64,000 bases of DNA, from assembly GCA_002245135.1 (NCBI GenBank), contig NGBS01000606.1, positions 1 through 64,000 on the forward strand, written 5' to 3'. The DNA is from Proteromonas lacertae (lineage: Eukaryota). The translations under genes and the position numbers were made by a program. The notes under the pieces are model-generated. The model was not told the DNA's origin and did not search any database. It saw only the letters and a list, made by a program, of their open reading frames with translations. Positions 13,801-26,992 of this stretch are shown here, piece by piece. Position 1 is the stretch's first letter; each line of letters starts with the position of its first letter.

Positions 13801-15368
13801 TTAACATACAGGTGTTTTTAAAGGTCCATTAAACCATTTTGATGTAGCAGATCTAAAATTGATATTTTTATTATTTCTAGGATCACTATCATAAAATGCT
13901 TGATTGGCCATTGCATTCTCCTTTCTTCTCAACTCCTGTAACTCCTTATAATCAGTTACTCTCACTTTCTCACCATTTTCGTTCATTTTAAACGTCTGTT
14001 TCTTAGTATACTCATTTTCAGGAGTAATTAAAGTATCTTGCATCAAAATAGAACCTTTTCCCCAGAAACATCTATTCTGATTCCTTACTTCATTTATCTC
14101 ATCTGTGAAGTTTTTAGTATTCAATATTGCATCTCGTATTTCCTCATCAGTGTGGTGTTTAGTAATTTTCTTATAATTTCCTTTAAATTGTCTAATATAT
14201 GGATATCCAAATTCATGAATTGTATTCTATATCAAAAATTAATATATAAAAAAGAAATTATACATCAACCAATATTTCTCTTGCTTTTCTTTTATCTTCT
14301 TCATTAATTACACCAATTTTCTGTTTATCAAACGCTACAGATGCTTTCAAATCTTCTCTACCAACTATACCATCACCATCCAAATCATAAGTCTCATTAA
14401 AGTCTTGTAACTTATGCCTGACTCTATCATCGTGTAATTTACTATACTTATCATGTTTTTCTATATTATTAGTAAGTGGATCTAACATTACTGTTCTTAA
14501 TGGGTATTCTTGGGATGTTTTACTGATAGTCCATTTCTTCGTTGTACAGAGATCTTTACAAGTGTGTCGTAAATCATTGTTATCTTCAATATTCCAAGGT
14601 TTTACTACACTTACACTATTGCTTTCATTCATTGTTGTTTTATTATCTTTTTCTTCGCTAAAAGTATTATTATTATTATTATTATTATTTATATCATATT
14701 TTACTGGATATACTGGTTGGGAATGATAAGCCCAGCCATTCAATGAACCAGCTTTTCTTAAAGAAACATCTGGATCATATCTTTTAGCATATTCTTTTCT
14801 ACCTATATCTAATGTTTCATTGTAATAATCATTGGAGTGTTTTACATGTGTAGTGGTTAATTGTAATGATCCTCTTTTTACTGTCTTCATTTCTTTACTG
14901 GTTGTGATTTTGTCTGGATCTGGAGCATATACGTCGATTGTATAGTCACCAAAGGTTTCATGTTCTACAAATTGATTTCTATTTGATCTATAAGTAAGTG
15001 GTGTTCTTCTAGTTAATGTGGGAGTACCAACTTCACAACATGTCCCTCCTCCTGCTATTTGATCCAATGGTAATCTTCTATAATGAGGCTGTTCTCTACC
15101 TAATACTATTTTTTGTTTATATTGTTCTTTTTCTGACATAATTGGACTAACTTGTGATGAACTCCTATGTCGAGGTACTGAAGTATGTGATCGTTGAGAG
15201 GGAGGTGAACAAGGTGGTAATGATGAATGACTTCTCACGCTTCTACGAATAGAAATATATTCAATACGCTTGTGGTGTTGATCTAACAGATGATGCATTT
15301 GTTCTTCCTGTAATTGTTCTTTGCCTACCAGAACTAGCTGGTATAGAAGGCACACTCAATGGTTTCAT
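13801..15368 (-). CDS. Uncharacterised protein with an EF-hand-like motif
   Basis: ATG 15368; two GT-AG introns; EF-hand loop DLDGDGIVGRED. Confidence 0.6.
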
Positions 15369-15459
15369 TAAAAAGAATAAAAAAACGTCTATCTGAAACG
15401 CCTCTATTTCTTTTAACTAACAGAAAAAAGGAAAAGATAAACAAATATAAATATCTAAA

Positions 15460-16878
15460 CTAAATTTCTTCATTATTAGGAACAGATAAATATATAGGAG
15501 CAGCGAGTTCATCCGGACTTTCATCTTTTATCATTTCATAGTATTTAATCTCACCTGTTCTATTAATTAATATTAAATCATTTTCTATTTTCTTTACACA
15601 ACAGAGAGGAATATTTCCAACAACATATTCATGAAATGGTTTTAATTGTTGAGGTTTCTATTCGAATATATATAATCAAAATATAATATATACATCGTCA
15701 CTAAGAGAACAATCTAATACCCAAAAATTCATAAATGAATCATCACCTGAGGTTATAAATTCAATAATGCATTTATCATCATTATAGATAGTATGTATTG
15801 GTAAAATGGTATTAATCCATGAACTATGACCACCACCTTCAGCTAGTTTATTTCCCGTTTTGTAATCATAAATATAAAACAAATCATCTTGTCCAGAAAA
15901 TCCAATATAAGAATCATTGAATAGTTGTAAAGAATTTACTGACCCACAGTATGTTTCAAATATGTATTGTATTACTTTATGATTATTATCAATGATATAT
16001 ACTTTTCCATCCTTATTACCTACAATCAATGTGCTAGTATCACTTGTTATTTCAAACACTATATTATATATATATTTATATATTTATATATTTATATTTA
16101 TACTTGTAATATATTTGCAACCTTTTATTTTTATATAAGATATAGGATTTGTATTAGGTAGATGTTGATATGTAATGGCATTACTAAATAATAATAATAA
16201 TATAGATTAAATATTATTATACTCATTTACTTCTGGAAATTGAACAATTGCTTGTTTATTGCTTAATGATATATTATATCCATGTATTGAACCATCATTA
16301 TAACTAATAAATAGTGTTTTATTATTGTGAATTAAGTACGTTGGATATAATGGAGTGATTAAATTAAGATAGTTAATATGATATATTTCTTTTATATCAT
16401 TATGTATTTTATGAATAAATACTTCACCACATGATAGAATAGATGCTACATGAAATTCTATTAATAATTTTATATAGTAATTTATATATATACGACGCCT
16501 ATAAAAGAATGACACATGATTAATAATTGATGAACAGATATGATGTGTTATAGAAAAATTTGATTCACTAAATACATCTATATAACAACGAAGAGTGTTT
16601 TTAATTCCTTGAGTAAGTATTGGTGTTGTAGTTGCTAGAAATTATATAAGATTATAAATACAGTTAATTGTTGTTTTATGAATTCTAATACCAATCTCAT
16701 TAGGATAAATTAAAAATGTTGACACATTTTCATCTATCCCATCCTCAAGAGATTTTGTATTTATTTCTGTTAGTTGCTAGAGACAATTACATATCATATA
16801 TACATATGTATAGTATCCTAAAACAAAGCTGCCGTTGTTAAATCTCTTTTTACATGGACTTTGAAACGTATTATTCAT
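15460..16878 (-). CDS. WD40 protein, WDR20/DMWD/CreC-like
   Basis: GQDDLFYIYDYKTGNKLAEGGGHSSWI resembles the WDR20-family motif GEDDLV...GHKSWV; six GT-AG introns. Confidence 0.65.
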
Positions 16879-17127
16879 TTTTTAATAAACAACACTGCAA
16901 GATCCGATCAAACCGCATAATTCATTTTTTGATTTTCATTTTAATTATTATAATCACTTCAATTATCACTTTCACAACTATTACCATCTATATTTTACAC
17001 TAATTATGTAAAAAATATACAAAACTCTCATAAAATAATTCATTCATATTTTAAATAAACACCAAAACAATATATTCATACAAATTAAACAATAATAATC
17101 ATGTTTTAAAAACAAATTCAATCAAAT

Positions 17128-17580
17128 CTATTCTGAGGCTGCATTTACTGCTGCTTCCAGCTGTTCAGCCGCTTTCTTCTCTTCTATTTCTTGTTTTACC
17201 CTCATAGATAGTGATTTATTAATTCTCTTTTTATTAACTTGTCCCTTCTTCTCACCAGCTGATAAATCTATCATTTTACCACACTATTCAAATTAAAAAT
17301 AGTATTAATGAAAAATATAATATTTAACAACATCAACAAAACTAGTATATCTTTGGTATTATGCGTATTATTAAAAGTGAGTATAATATACCTTACAAAC
17401 ACAAACTATTGCCACTATAGCTCCTACAATAACTACTACTACCACTACTATGAGTATTATATATCCTACTGATAAACCATCCAATCTAGTTAAAGATTAC
17501 TCTGAAAAAAATAAATACTGTCTTGTGTGGTTATTAAGAGTCTCCAATAAACTTCTAGCAGATAACTTTAGGCTAGACAT
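17128..17580 (-). CDS. Small single-pass membrane protein (~100 aa), absent from the ORF track
   Basis: ATG 17580; TM segment YIILIVVVVVVIVGAIVAIVCVCK; two GT-AG introns; TAG at 17128. Confidence 0.6.
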
Positions 17581-17875
17581 TACAAAATAGTCCAAAAATC
17601 GAAAGAAACAAAAAATCAAACAGTTATTGTAATGTTGGTATATGCGCTTTATTATGATAGCTGTGTCAAAACAAATATGGTTGCTAGGATTGATAGAGCA
17701 TCAGATCAAGTTTTATGTGAAGAATAGATGTACATCACCAAAATCACGAATTTTGAGTTTTCTTCTGGTTAAAAACACAAAACTTAATTTAAAATTAGCC
17801 ATAAATATGATTTTAAAGTGTATTTACAGTTTATAAACATATGCTACCTTTGAAACACAATTAAATTACACACAC

Positions 17876-18226
17876 TTACTCTGGATCTGTATTATTCCTT
17901 TGATGGAAATTGTCTAATATGTTTGATATTTCCAATAATACAGGATCAGTTATCTCACATTCATCAGAAACTCTATCAATACAATAAAACGAATTAAATA
18001 TATACAACATAATATTTACTATGTCTTGTATATTATTCAACTTTTGTAAGTATATATTCCTTTCAGTTAAAAGAGATAAGTGGTAAGATTTCATTTCATA
18101 TTCTTTTTCTGATAATCTATTGTTAATTGATGAGAAACGAACTATTGCATTCCTTTGTGCTTCAGTAATTTCAGGATTGAGCAAATACTCATCTGCAAGC
18201 TTCCACAAGTTTGTTTCTTTTGACAT
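17876..18226 (-). CDS. Small protein with an EB1 C-terminal (EBH)-like motif
   Basis: LLTERNIYLQKLNNIQDI...DPVLLEISNIL resembles EB1 LEKERDFYFGKLRNIE...DPVLQRIVDIL; no CH domain. Confidence 0.5.
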   Translation of the reverse strand: MSKETNLWKLADEYLLNPEITEAQRNAIVRFSSINNRLSEKEYEMKSYHLSLLTERNIYLQKLNNIQDIVNIMLYIFNSFYCIDRVSDECEITDPVLLEISNILDNFHQRNNTDPE

Positions 18227-18412
18227 GTTTGTCACTATTATAAATTACAATATTATTAAATTAAATAATTATACATACAATGAGAAAATCGAATAAATAT
18301 ATTTTTGATCCGAAAACAGAATCACCGACTGACTACAAAAAATAACAAAGAATAACAGTTTTTATAATAATTTTAATCAATAATAAATCAATTAAGATAA
18401 TATAATTATGAT

Positions 18413-19666
18413 TTATAGTTTTGGATTCACACTCAACACAATCTTTCCAATATGTTCATTCTTCTCCATAACTTTATGAGCTTCAACAACATCTTCAAGA
18501 GGGAACTATATAATTACAATTAATTATAAATTATTATACTGTCTTGAAGATAATTGGCTTTACTTTTCTTTGTTCAAGTAATGGCCAAACATTCTTATAT
18601 AATTGCTGTCCAATTTCATGTTTTACTTCAATTGAACGACTTCTCAATGTAGATCCAGTGATTGTCAGTCTCTTTAACATCAATTTAGTCAATGAAACTT
18701 GAGCCTATAATTATATATATAAATATATACTTTAGGTCCATGTTGTAAAGCAATAATCACCATTCTACCATCTTCATTCATTGATTTAATATTTCTCTGA
18801 ACATAATCACCACATATAATATCTAAAATCACATCAACTCCTTTCTTATTTGTCTTTTCAGCAATCACATCTTCAAATTTTGTATCACTTCTATAATCAA
18901 TTGCATAATCAGCTCCAAGTCCAAGACAAGCTTTACACTTCTCAGGACCATCGGCTGTAGTGAATACTTTACATTTAAATGCTTTTGCTAATTGTATGGC
19001 TGTTGTACCAATACCACTTGTTCCACCATGAACTAAGAATGATTCACCTGGTTTTAATTGACATCTCATAAATACATTGGAATATACAGTGAAATAAGTT
19101 TCACAGATTGCTGCAGCTTCGATCATTGAGAAGGATTTTGGGACTGGCATTAACTATAATAATAAAACAACTATAATTTATACAAGTTTATCATCTGCAA
19201 CAGCATATTCTGCATAACCACCTCCTTCTAATAAAGTACACACTTTATCACCTACTTTAACATTTTTTACATTCTTTCCTAATGCAACAACTACACCTGA
19301 TGCTTCTAAACCAGGTATATCAGTTGCTCCTTTTGGTGGAGGATACATTCCACTTCTCTATGATTTATTTAAATAATTAACTATACTTGCATAATATCTG
19401 GTCGATTTATACTTGAAGCTGCTACTTGAATTAACACTTGATTCTCTTTTGGTTGTGGCACTGGTCTTTTTCCTACAACCATTACCTCTGGGCCACCATA
19501 TTTAGGAATCTCAATACATTTCATTGTACTTGGAATTGATGCGAAATATCGAGAAAACAAAGCTATAAAAACATCATTATTTGCTATACTTTTACGACAT
19601 AATGCACTTGTACTTTTTAAAATAGAATTACCTAGATTATTAAAATATATCAGCCATACAGAACAT
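18413..19666 (-). CDS. NAD(P)H quinone oxidoreductase, PIG3/zeta-crystallin family, with a putative mitochondrial presequence
   Basis: Motifs YGGPE, INRPD, GATDIPGLEASG and VHGGTSGIGT; N-terminus MFCNSILKSTSALCRKTLFSRYF. Confidence 0.88.
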
Positions 19667-19752
19667 AAAAGAACAAAAAAGAAAAAAGTAGATATTTACC
19701 CAAAAATTATTTACGAACACCCATAATTTAAAATTCAATTTTTATACTTTGA

Positions 19753-20520
19753 ATGGAAGGCGGGTATGTTGTTGGTATTGTGTATTGGTTAAATGCTTAT
19801 AGATACTTCTAATGATGAAGCTTTAGCGAGAGAATTAGCTAAATCTTACGGAACTGGTATTTTGCAGTATTTATGATATGATTATAGATGGATTTTCTAT
19901 GGAATCAATATGTATAACCAATTATATAATAATAATAGTATGTCCTATCTGTGGAAAGGAATTGAATAAATATGATCCATCTCAAAGAAATTTACATGTA
20001 AGTGAATGTTCAGATAAAGCACCTGTTTTACCAGTATATATTACAAGGTATTTTCGATAGTGTGATGCTCCTAAGAGAAGAAAACTGAATTCTTCTTCTT
20101 ATACTACCATAACTAGAAATGCATATTCTCATCTAGTAGAACTATTGAATAGATGTAAAGATGTAGAAAAGCTAAAAGAAAATTATGAGTATATTATGAA
20201 TTATTCGTTGTAGTTGTGTTGAAGCTGAAAAAACAAAAGAAACAATTGAAATTGTGATTAATAAATTAATTGAAGAACAAAATAATTTGCACGAGCTAAT
20301 AGAAGAACATAATAAACCTGTTGCTACAGTCACTGACACACAGAACATAAAAGATATTCAAAATGTATATTTTTTAGTATTTTATGTGGTATAGATGATT
20401 GATACAATAGGAAACGATGATAAAGATACTATTTTTACTGCTACACAACCATTTCCAAAGAGTAAGTTTGAAAATCAAGGTGATAATTTACCTACATACA
20501 TTAAACCAAGTGATTTATAA
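19753..20520 (+). CDS. Small protein with a UIM/MIU-like helix and a UBZ-type zinc finger
   Basis: SNDEALARELAKSY and CPICGKELNKYDPSQRNLHVSEC; several tiny introns; TAA at 20518-20520. Confidence 0.55.
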
Positions 20521-20609
20521 TTTTAATGTCATTTATTTATACTTTCTATTCTATTGATTAAAACAATAATATATCATATTAAATAAAAATATTGTAATTT
20601 TAACTAAAT

Positions 20610-22781
20610 TTACGATAATAATTCCTCTCTCTGTTTTTGTAACATCAATTCAGTTTGTTGTACTTTATACTGAGTCTCAGTCAAAGCATCTGTCAATTCT
20701 TTAATAGTTTTATCTTTTGCTGCAATTGTATCTCTAATCTTCACTTGTAATTCACTCAATTGTAAATCATAGTCATTATGGACTTTATTGATTTCTAATG
20801 TATGTTGATGATTCAAAGCATCTATTTCACTTTGATGACTATCTATTTTTAACTCCAATTCATGATTTTTCTATATGAATAAGAATTATCATTAATATAT
20901 ATACAATTTCAAGTTGTCTTATTTGTTTCAATAATGGTTCTTTTGATTCATTACATTTATAATTGATTTCACTTTCATGCTGTCTTATCTTCGCTTCTAA
21001 TGACTGAATTGTTGATAATCTTTCTCTTAATTTATCATTTGCATCTTTCAAGTTATTTTCTATAGCTTTTACATTCTCTTCATTTGAATTAATCACTCCC
21101 TCTTGAATGGATATTTTCTTTTTTAATGAATCTATTTCAGTTTGTTTACTTTGTAATTCCATTTGAAAACTAACTTTCATATTTCTAATCTTATTTTCAT
21201 ATTCATCAGCTGTAGTTGAAACTTTGTTATTGGTTTCTTCAGCTATTTTGTTCAAAATACTATCAATTTGTTTATCTCTTTGTTCTGTTAATTCTTTTCT
21301 CATTTGTGTTTCTTTTATTCTATAATTTTCTTCATATTGATTCTTTAAACTTTGTTCTATTTTTCTTTTTTCTAAGTCTAATTTTTGATTCACTATTTCA
21401 CACTCTTCATTTAATTTCTTTTGTAATTCTAATTTCTCTTTATTATAGTTCTGTTGATATTCCATTATCAATTGATTCTTATTCTCTAATTTTCTTTCAT
21501 ATTCTTCACGGATACTAGCTTCGAATCTTCTTCTTTCCTCCATTTCTAGTTTCTTTGATTTGGTTAACTCTTCTTGTAGTTTTACTCTTAAATCAGATAT
21601 TCTTTGTTCATAATCGTCTGTTAATGATTTTAATCTTTCTATTAAATAATTATAATAGATATATACGATCTTGTATTTTTCTATCATTTAATACATCATT
21701 TTGATGTTCATTTTCTACTTGAATTCTCATTTCAGCTAATTTTCTATTCATATCACTTTGAAATGTATTTTTCATCTCATCTATTGTATTTTCATATTTC
21801 ATCGCCATATCCTTCATTTTATTCTGCTGTTGTTCAATTATCCTCTGTAATTCAGGAGCCATTTTCTATTAAGAAAAAATAGATATATATATGTTTATAC
21901 GCTCATCATATCTTTCTTCAATGCTTCTGTCTTTTCTTCTTCCCATTTCTTTCTCTTCTCTTTCTCTTCTTTTGCCCATTTCTCTTTTGCCCTCTTAAAT
22001 TCATCCTGCAAATATTTCTTTTGACTTTCAAACGTATTTTGTTTTCTTCCTTCACTACTTTTTATTTGATTTACCAATTTGTCAATTTGTTCAGTCAAAT
22101 CTTTTTTATCATTTATTAGTTGTTCTAACATTGTTCTTTTATCATCTAATGTTTTTTCGTATGTTTTTTTCATTACTCTCATATCAGAATCATGATCTTT
22201 CTTCATTGATTGAATCATTGATTCATATCTAATTTTTTCTCTTTTCATTTTTTCTTGTAGTAATTCTATTGTTTTTGATTTGTCTTCTAATTCCATTGAC
22301 ATTGATTGAAGTTTTGCTTTTACTCCATCATAAAGAGATGCCGCTGTTGTTGTTGGATTCTGAGTATTTGAGGATTGGGGAATATTTGGAGATGGTGAAG
22401 GAGATAAATTCACTTGTATTGGTCTTTTATGATTTAAAGAATGATGAGTGTAATCTGATGATGGTTGAACAGGTGATATTCGAGAGTCTTGTGAATGCTG
22501 AGACAATTTGTGAGATAATGGCGCTGGTGATATTGTAGACATAGAATTTTCATTTGAATTCTGTCTCTGCTGTGGTTTTGAATGATAAGAATATAAAATC
22601 TATTATTATTGGAACAAATTATACATCATCTGAATAAGAAGGTAAAGGCGGTGGAGGTGGTATTGTCACTGGTACATTTTTTGCTTCATCAAGAAAACTC
22701 ATAAAATCATTGATCTTAGACTTTGTTCTTCTACTTCTATCTATGAATATAGCTGTTCTATATTATACCTGCATCATCCAT
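20610..22781 (-). CDS. CEP131: Centrosomal coiled-coil protein CEP131/AZI1-like
   Basis: LEQLINDKKDLTEQ...KKWEEEKTEALKK...MAPELQRII and the C-terminal coiled coil follow the CEP131 pattern; exons join in frame. Confidence 0.72.
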
Positions 22782-22994
22782 TCTTATAATATTCAATAGA
22801 ATTCAAACAAATGACTATTTTAAAAACAAGGTTATTGAAAAATGAACGAAAAAGTGTTTGTCTTTTAGGTTTGATCAAAATAGATTATAATTTTTCTTTC
22901 ATTTTATGAATAATTGAAATCATCAGTGTTTAGGTATTTAATAATTGTTTGTTGAAACGTAAAATAGAAATACCATAGATTTCTTTGTAAAACC

Positions 22995-25404
22995 ATGCTT
23001 CAAGTTGATATAACTAGATTCAAGAGATACAAATACCATTTCACTATATTATTCACAGCTGGAATAGTTAGTATAGTTAATTATATTTTTGTAGTCACAA
23101 TTTATACTTATAAGTCTTTCTTTGATTCACTCACTAGTAAACTTATGCAATTACCGTTTATAATGCTTTGTGTTGTTATTACATTTTATCAAATTGTAAG
23201 AAGAAAAGAACTAGAAATGTATGTATTATTTCTTTATTTGTTGATATAGAGGAATTAATTACTTTATTTTAGGAGATTTTGTTTTGTATACGCATGAAAG
23301 TGAAGATGATAAGGATGAAGTTGATGATTATATAAAAGAATGTTTTCTTGTTCAATTTCCTCAGTTCAATAAACAGCAACTCAATAGAGCTTTTGCTATA
23401 TTTATTAGATATCTTTTTCATTTTTTATATATAAAAATATTTACAGATGTTTCTTTAATTTCATGTTTTTACATCTTTAGAATTCTATGTTACTACAACA
23501 GATGATGTTAATGATTTGGATTTCGCTTATCAATTCGACAATCGAAATGATAAAGATGAATTATTACCAATATTAACAGCATATGAGTTCTATTATGAAC
23601 TAGAGAGAAGATATGCATTATATTCATTCTTTTATTATCTATCCAATCAAAAGTTCTTAAATGTAATGAGAACTATTCCGTTATGTATTACATCATTTGT
23701 ATATATATTTATTTATGTATTATATATGTTCTTATAGTTATCTTATCACTTTTATGTTGCAAATTTCTGTATATTTTTATTGTGTTTATTTAACCATTTT
23801 TTTGATTCATCAAACTGTAGATTTATAACAAAACCTATTACATATTCACTATGGATTAATTATTTAATTGATATTGATTTATATGATATAAATCAGGATA
23901 TTGATTTAACTTATTATAGTTTTATGTCGCTTTATAAGTATTTATTTATACTTTCAGTTGGGGTTGAACTTCCAGTATAATAACATTTTTAATTATATTT
24001 GTATAGATAAATGTCTATATTTTCCTAAATATTACATATTATTTTGTTTCAGTGTTTTTAGCGTTTTGCTGTATTGAATTAGTAAATTGTTGTAGTATTA
24101 TATAGTGAAATTTATATTATGTGAATAGTATATAAATATATATTTCCATTTGTGTTGGAATTTTATAATATGAAAGTCAAAGAAAAGAATGATATTTCTA
24201 TAGATGATTTAGAAAATGATATTGATAATGAAGAAAACGATAATCTAAATAATAATTGTAATCATATTGAAGAAAATAGTATAATAGTTTCTAAAGAAGA
24301 TGGATATAATGAAGAAGAGAATGATAAAGAAGAAAAGGAAATGGATAATGATGAGGTAGAAGAAGAAGAAGATCTAAATAATGAAGATGATGATATTGAT
24401 AATGAAGAAGTAATAGAATATGAAATTCAAGGTAAATCTGAAGAAGAAAAAGAGAATGAAGATATTGATGATGATGAATATGAAGAGATGGAGGAGGAAG
24501 AAGGAGAAGAAGATAATCAGGAAGAAGTTGAAGAACAACAACAACAGGTAGTAGAAGATGGAGAGAATGAAGAGGAAGAAAGTCAAGAAGATATTCCAGA
24601 TGAATTAATATTGATTAATCAGAATTTATCATCATTCTTTTTACCAGTAAATATAATCAACGATAATTCAGTTGGTGGTGTTATAATAGTAATCATATCA
24701 TTTTTTATTATATGATGAAATATAGTCAACTTAATTAGTTTATATTGCATCTCTATGTTTTGGATTAATACCTCTTCAGAATGTTCTATTAGTCAAAATT
24801 CCACATGAATTACAGTTAATATTGATGATTAGTTCATTGAATATTTTTATATAGTATAATACTAATGATATTATATATTCAACAAATAGTTTATTTTGTG
24901 TATTTAAATATGTACCAATTGTATTGTGGATAATTCAGTTTATAGTTTCATTTATAATTCATTTAGTTTTATATCTCATATTTAACTATGATTTCATTAG
25001 TTCAGATCACTTTTTATTTGATGTAGTATTTATTTCCACAATTCTACATTGGAAATACTCATTTTTATTTAAGAATGTTCCAGTATAGATCTTATTATAT
25101 ATATATATAATATAGGAGGTAATTCATATGGTTATATCAATTAGTTTAATATCATATTTGTATAATAATTTAAATCAGTTTCAACTGTTTAATGAGATTC
25201 TTACCAAATACAACCATTCCTCCTTATTCTTTTCAAGTATATGTAATTTTTTATTATATAATAGCTCCTTATTCATATGGCTTTCAGTTTTTATCTTCAT
25301 TTAGTGAATTCTATATGTACTTTTTATTGCATGTTGATATTGGAAGATTTGATAGTGTTTTGAAGAATGAAATTTGGTATGTTATTGGTAGAGGAATTGT
25401 ATAA
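22995..25404 (+). CDS. Uncharacterised multi-pass membrane protein with a large acidic (D/E) loop
   Basis: Hydrophobic exons are joined by GT-AG introns and two AT-initiated introns; acidic tract at 24200-24600; start uncertain. Confidence 0.6.
23409..23472 (+). other. Putative minor AT-AC intron, 64 nt
   Basis: ATATCTTTTT...TTCTTTAATTTCATGTTTTTAC. Removal joins AIFIR|SLEFYVTTTDDVNDLDFAYQ in frame with ORF 23516. Confidence 0.75.
24695..24743 (+). other. Putative minor intron with ATATCATTTT donor; 3' end is AA at 24734 or AT at 24743
   Basis: In-frame stops follow the donor. Either end restores the TM helix GGVIIVI|(LVY)IASLCFGLIP, and the nearby GTAATC donor gives no in-frame product. Confidence 0.55.
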
Positions 25405-25600
25405 ATATTAATACTTTACTTTTTTGTATTTATATTTACTATAATCTCAAATAATTTTAATATAAAAGAATCAATCTTTTAATTAATGATTTCTGTAGAA
25501 TTTCACTGTTCTTCATGTTTATATTTTTTCTATTTTAATATAAAATCCTTTCAAAGTAAGAGAAATTATTCGTTTATTAAAAAAACAAATTTATCAAAAT

Positions 25601-26794
25601 CTATTTATAATCAGGAGGAAAACCCAAACGATCCATAATCCTTCCATATTCTTTCGTTCGATTAGCATTCTTATCTCGAATTATTAGTGTATTTATTTCA
25701 TATTCATCTTTAGAATCATCAACTTCTTCAGCATGTTTCATTACACATACACTAAAGAGAGGAGGCTTACCTTCTCTACCAATAAAATCATATCTCTCAA
25801 TTATCTTTAATCCATTATCTTTACTACCATTTTCAAATCGATCTAATCTATAAGATGAACCAACTATCACAAATATTCCATTCTTATCTAAATACCTCTT
25901 TGCACTTTTACAATAATCTTCTACTCCACCTCTAAACTCACATAAACATGCTTTTTGATCAACTTTTGCTGGTAAAACTGTTCCTCGTTTTACGATAAAG
26001 TATGGTGGAGTTCCAGTGATTAATTGGAATTTTTTATCTTTCAATATATTCTCATCTCTTAAATCGCCATTATATACTTTACATCGATTATCAATTCCAT
26101 TATATAATAAACTCCTTCTACATAAATCATAACTTATTTCTTGTGCTTCTATTCCATAACAGTTTATATTCTCATATTCAAAGGCAGTAAATAACAACAC
26201 TGTTCCTAAACCACAACCCATATCTAACGATTCTTTTAAATCTACTTTATATTTTTCTACTGATCGAATAGCGACATATGCAGCACATACATCATCACTT
26301 GTAAATCGATGACCACCAATTCTTTGATAGATTTTCCAATCACCACAGATATTTGACAACATTTCACCATTTCTAGGATATAATTCTTTACGACCATCTA
26401 TACCACGACTTTTAACTCCTGGAATTTTATAACCAGCAGGCCATTTGTTGTTTGGTCGAATAAAACCAGGATCTAAATAATGTTTTTGTCTTTTTAATGC
26501 ATATATATGACCAGTACCATCACATATTTTACACTTTATCTTTTTACCTTTCTTTACTTTTCTAATTTATTAAATTCAGCAAAACATACCGATAACCGTT
26601 ACCTTCACATTTCCAACAAGATGTTCCATCCAATTCATTTGTCCCAGGGGGTGCTATTTGACTATATTATATCTAAACAACCAATACTAGTCTTTCTTTA
26701 TTTTTTTTAATATACATTTATAAATTGTGTACATACTATAAGCACCAGTGATACAAATACCACAAAGTACTGTTTTATTGATTATTTCACTCAT
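25601..26794 (-). CDS. TrmN6/YfiC-like (tRNA m6A37-type) SAM methyltransferase with N-terminal hydrophobic segment and CxxCxGxG zinc finger
   Basis: Motifs YQRIGGHRFTSDD, LDMGCGLG and GTPPYF. Upstream exons from ATG 26794 encode CWKCEGNG and CKICDGTG. Confidence 0.75.
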
Positions 26795-26992
26795 AAAATG
26801 AAATGTAAATGAAAGAGAATCAAATCAATAGTCAAGCCTACATTATGTTTTTCTTTATTTATATAAAACAACGATTATTAAAACTTCATAAATGTTGTGA
26901 TTTATTTAAACCTAGTGTTTGTCATACACTTACATATAAAAACAACAATTTTCCAATAGAAAAAATATTTATAAAAAAATGACAAAAAGCTC

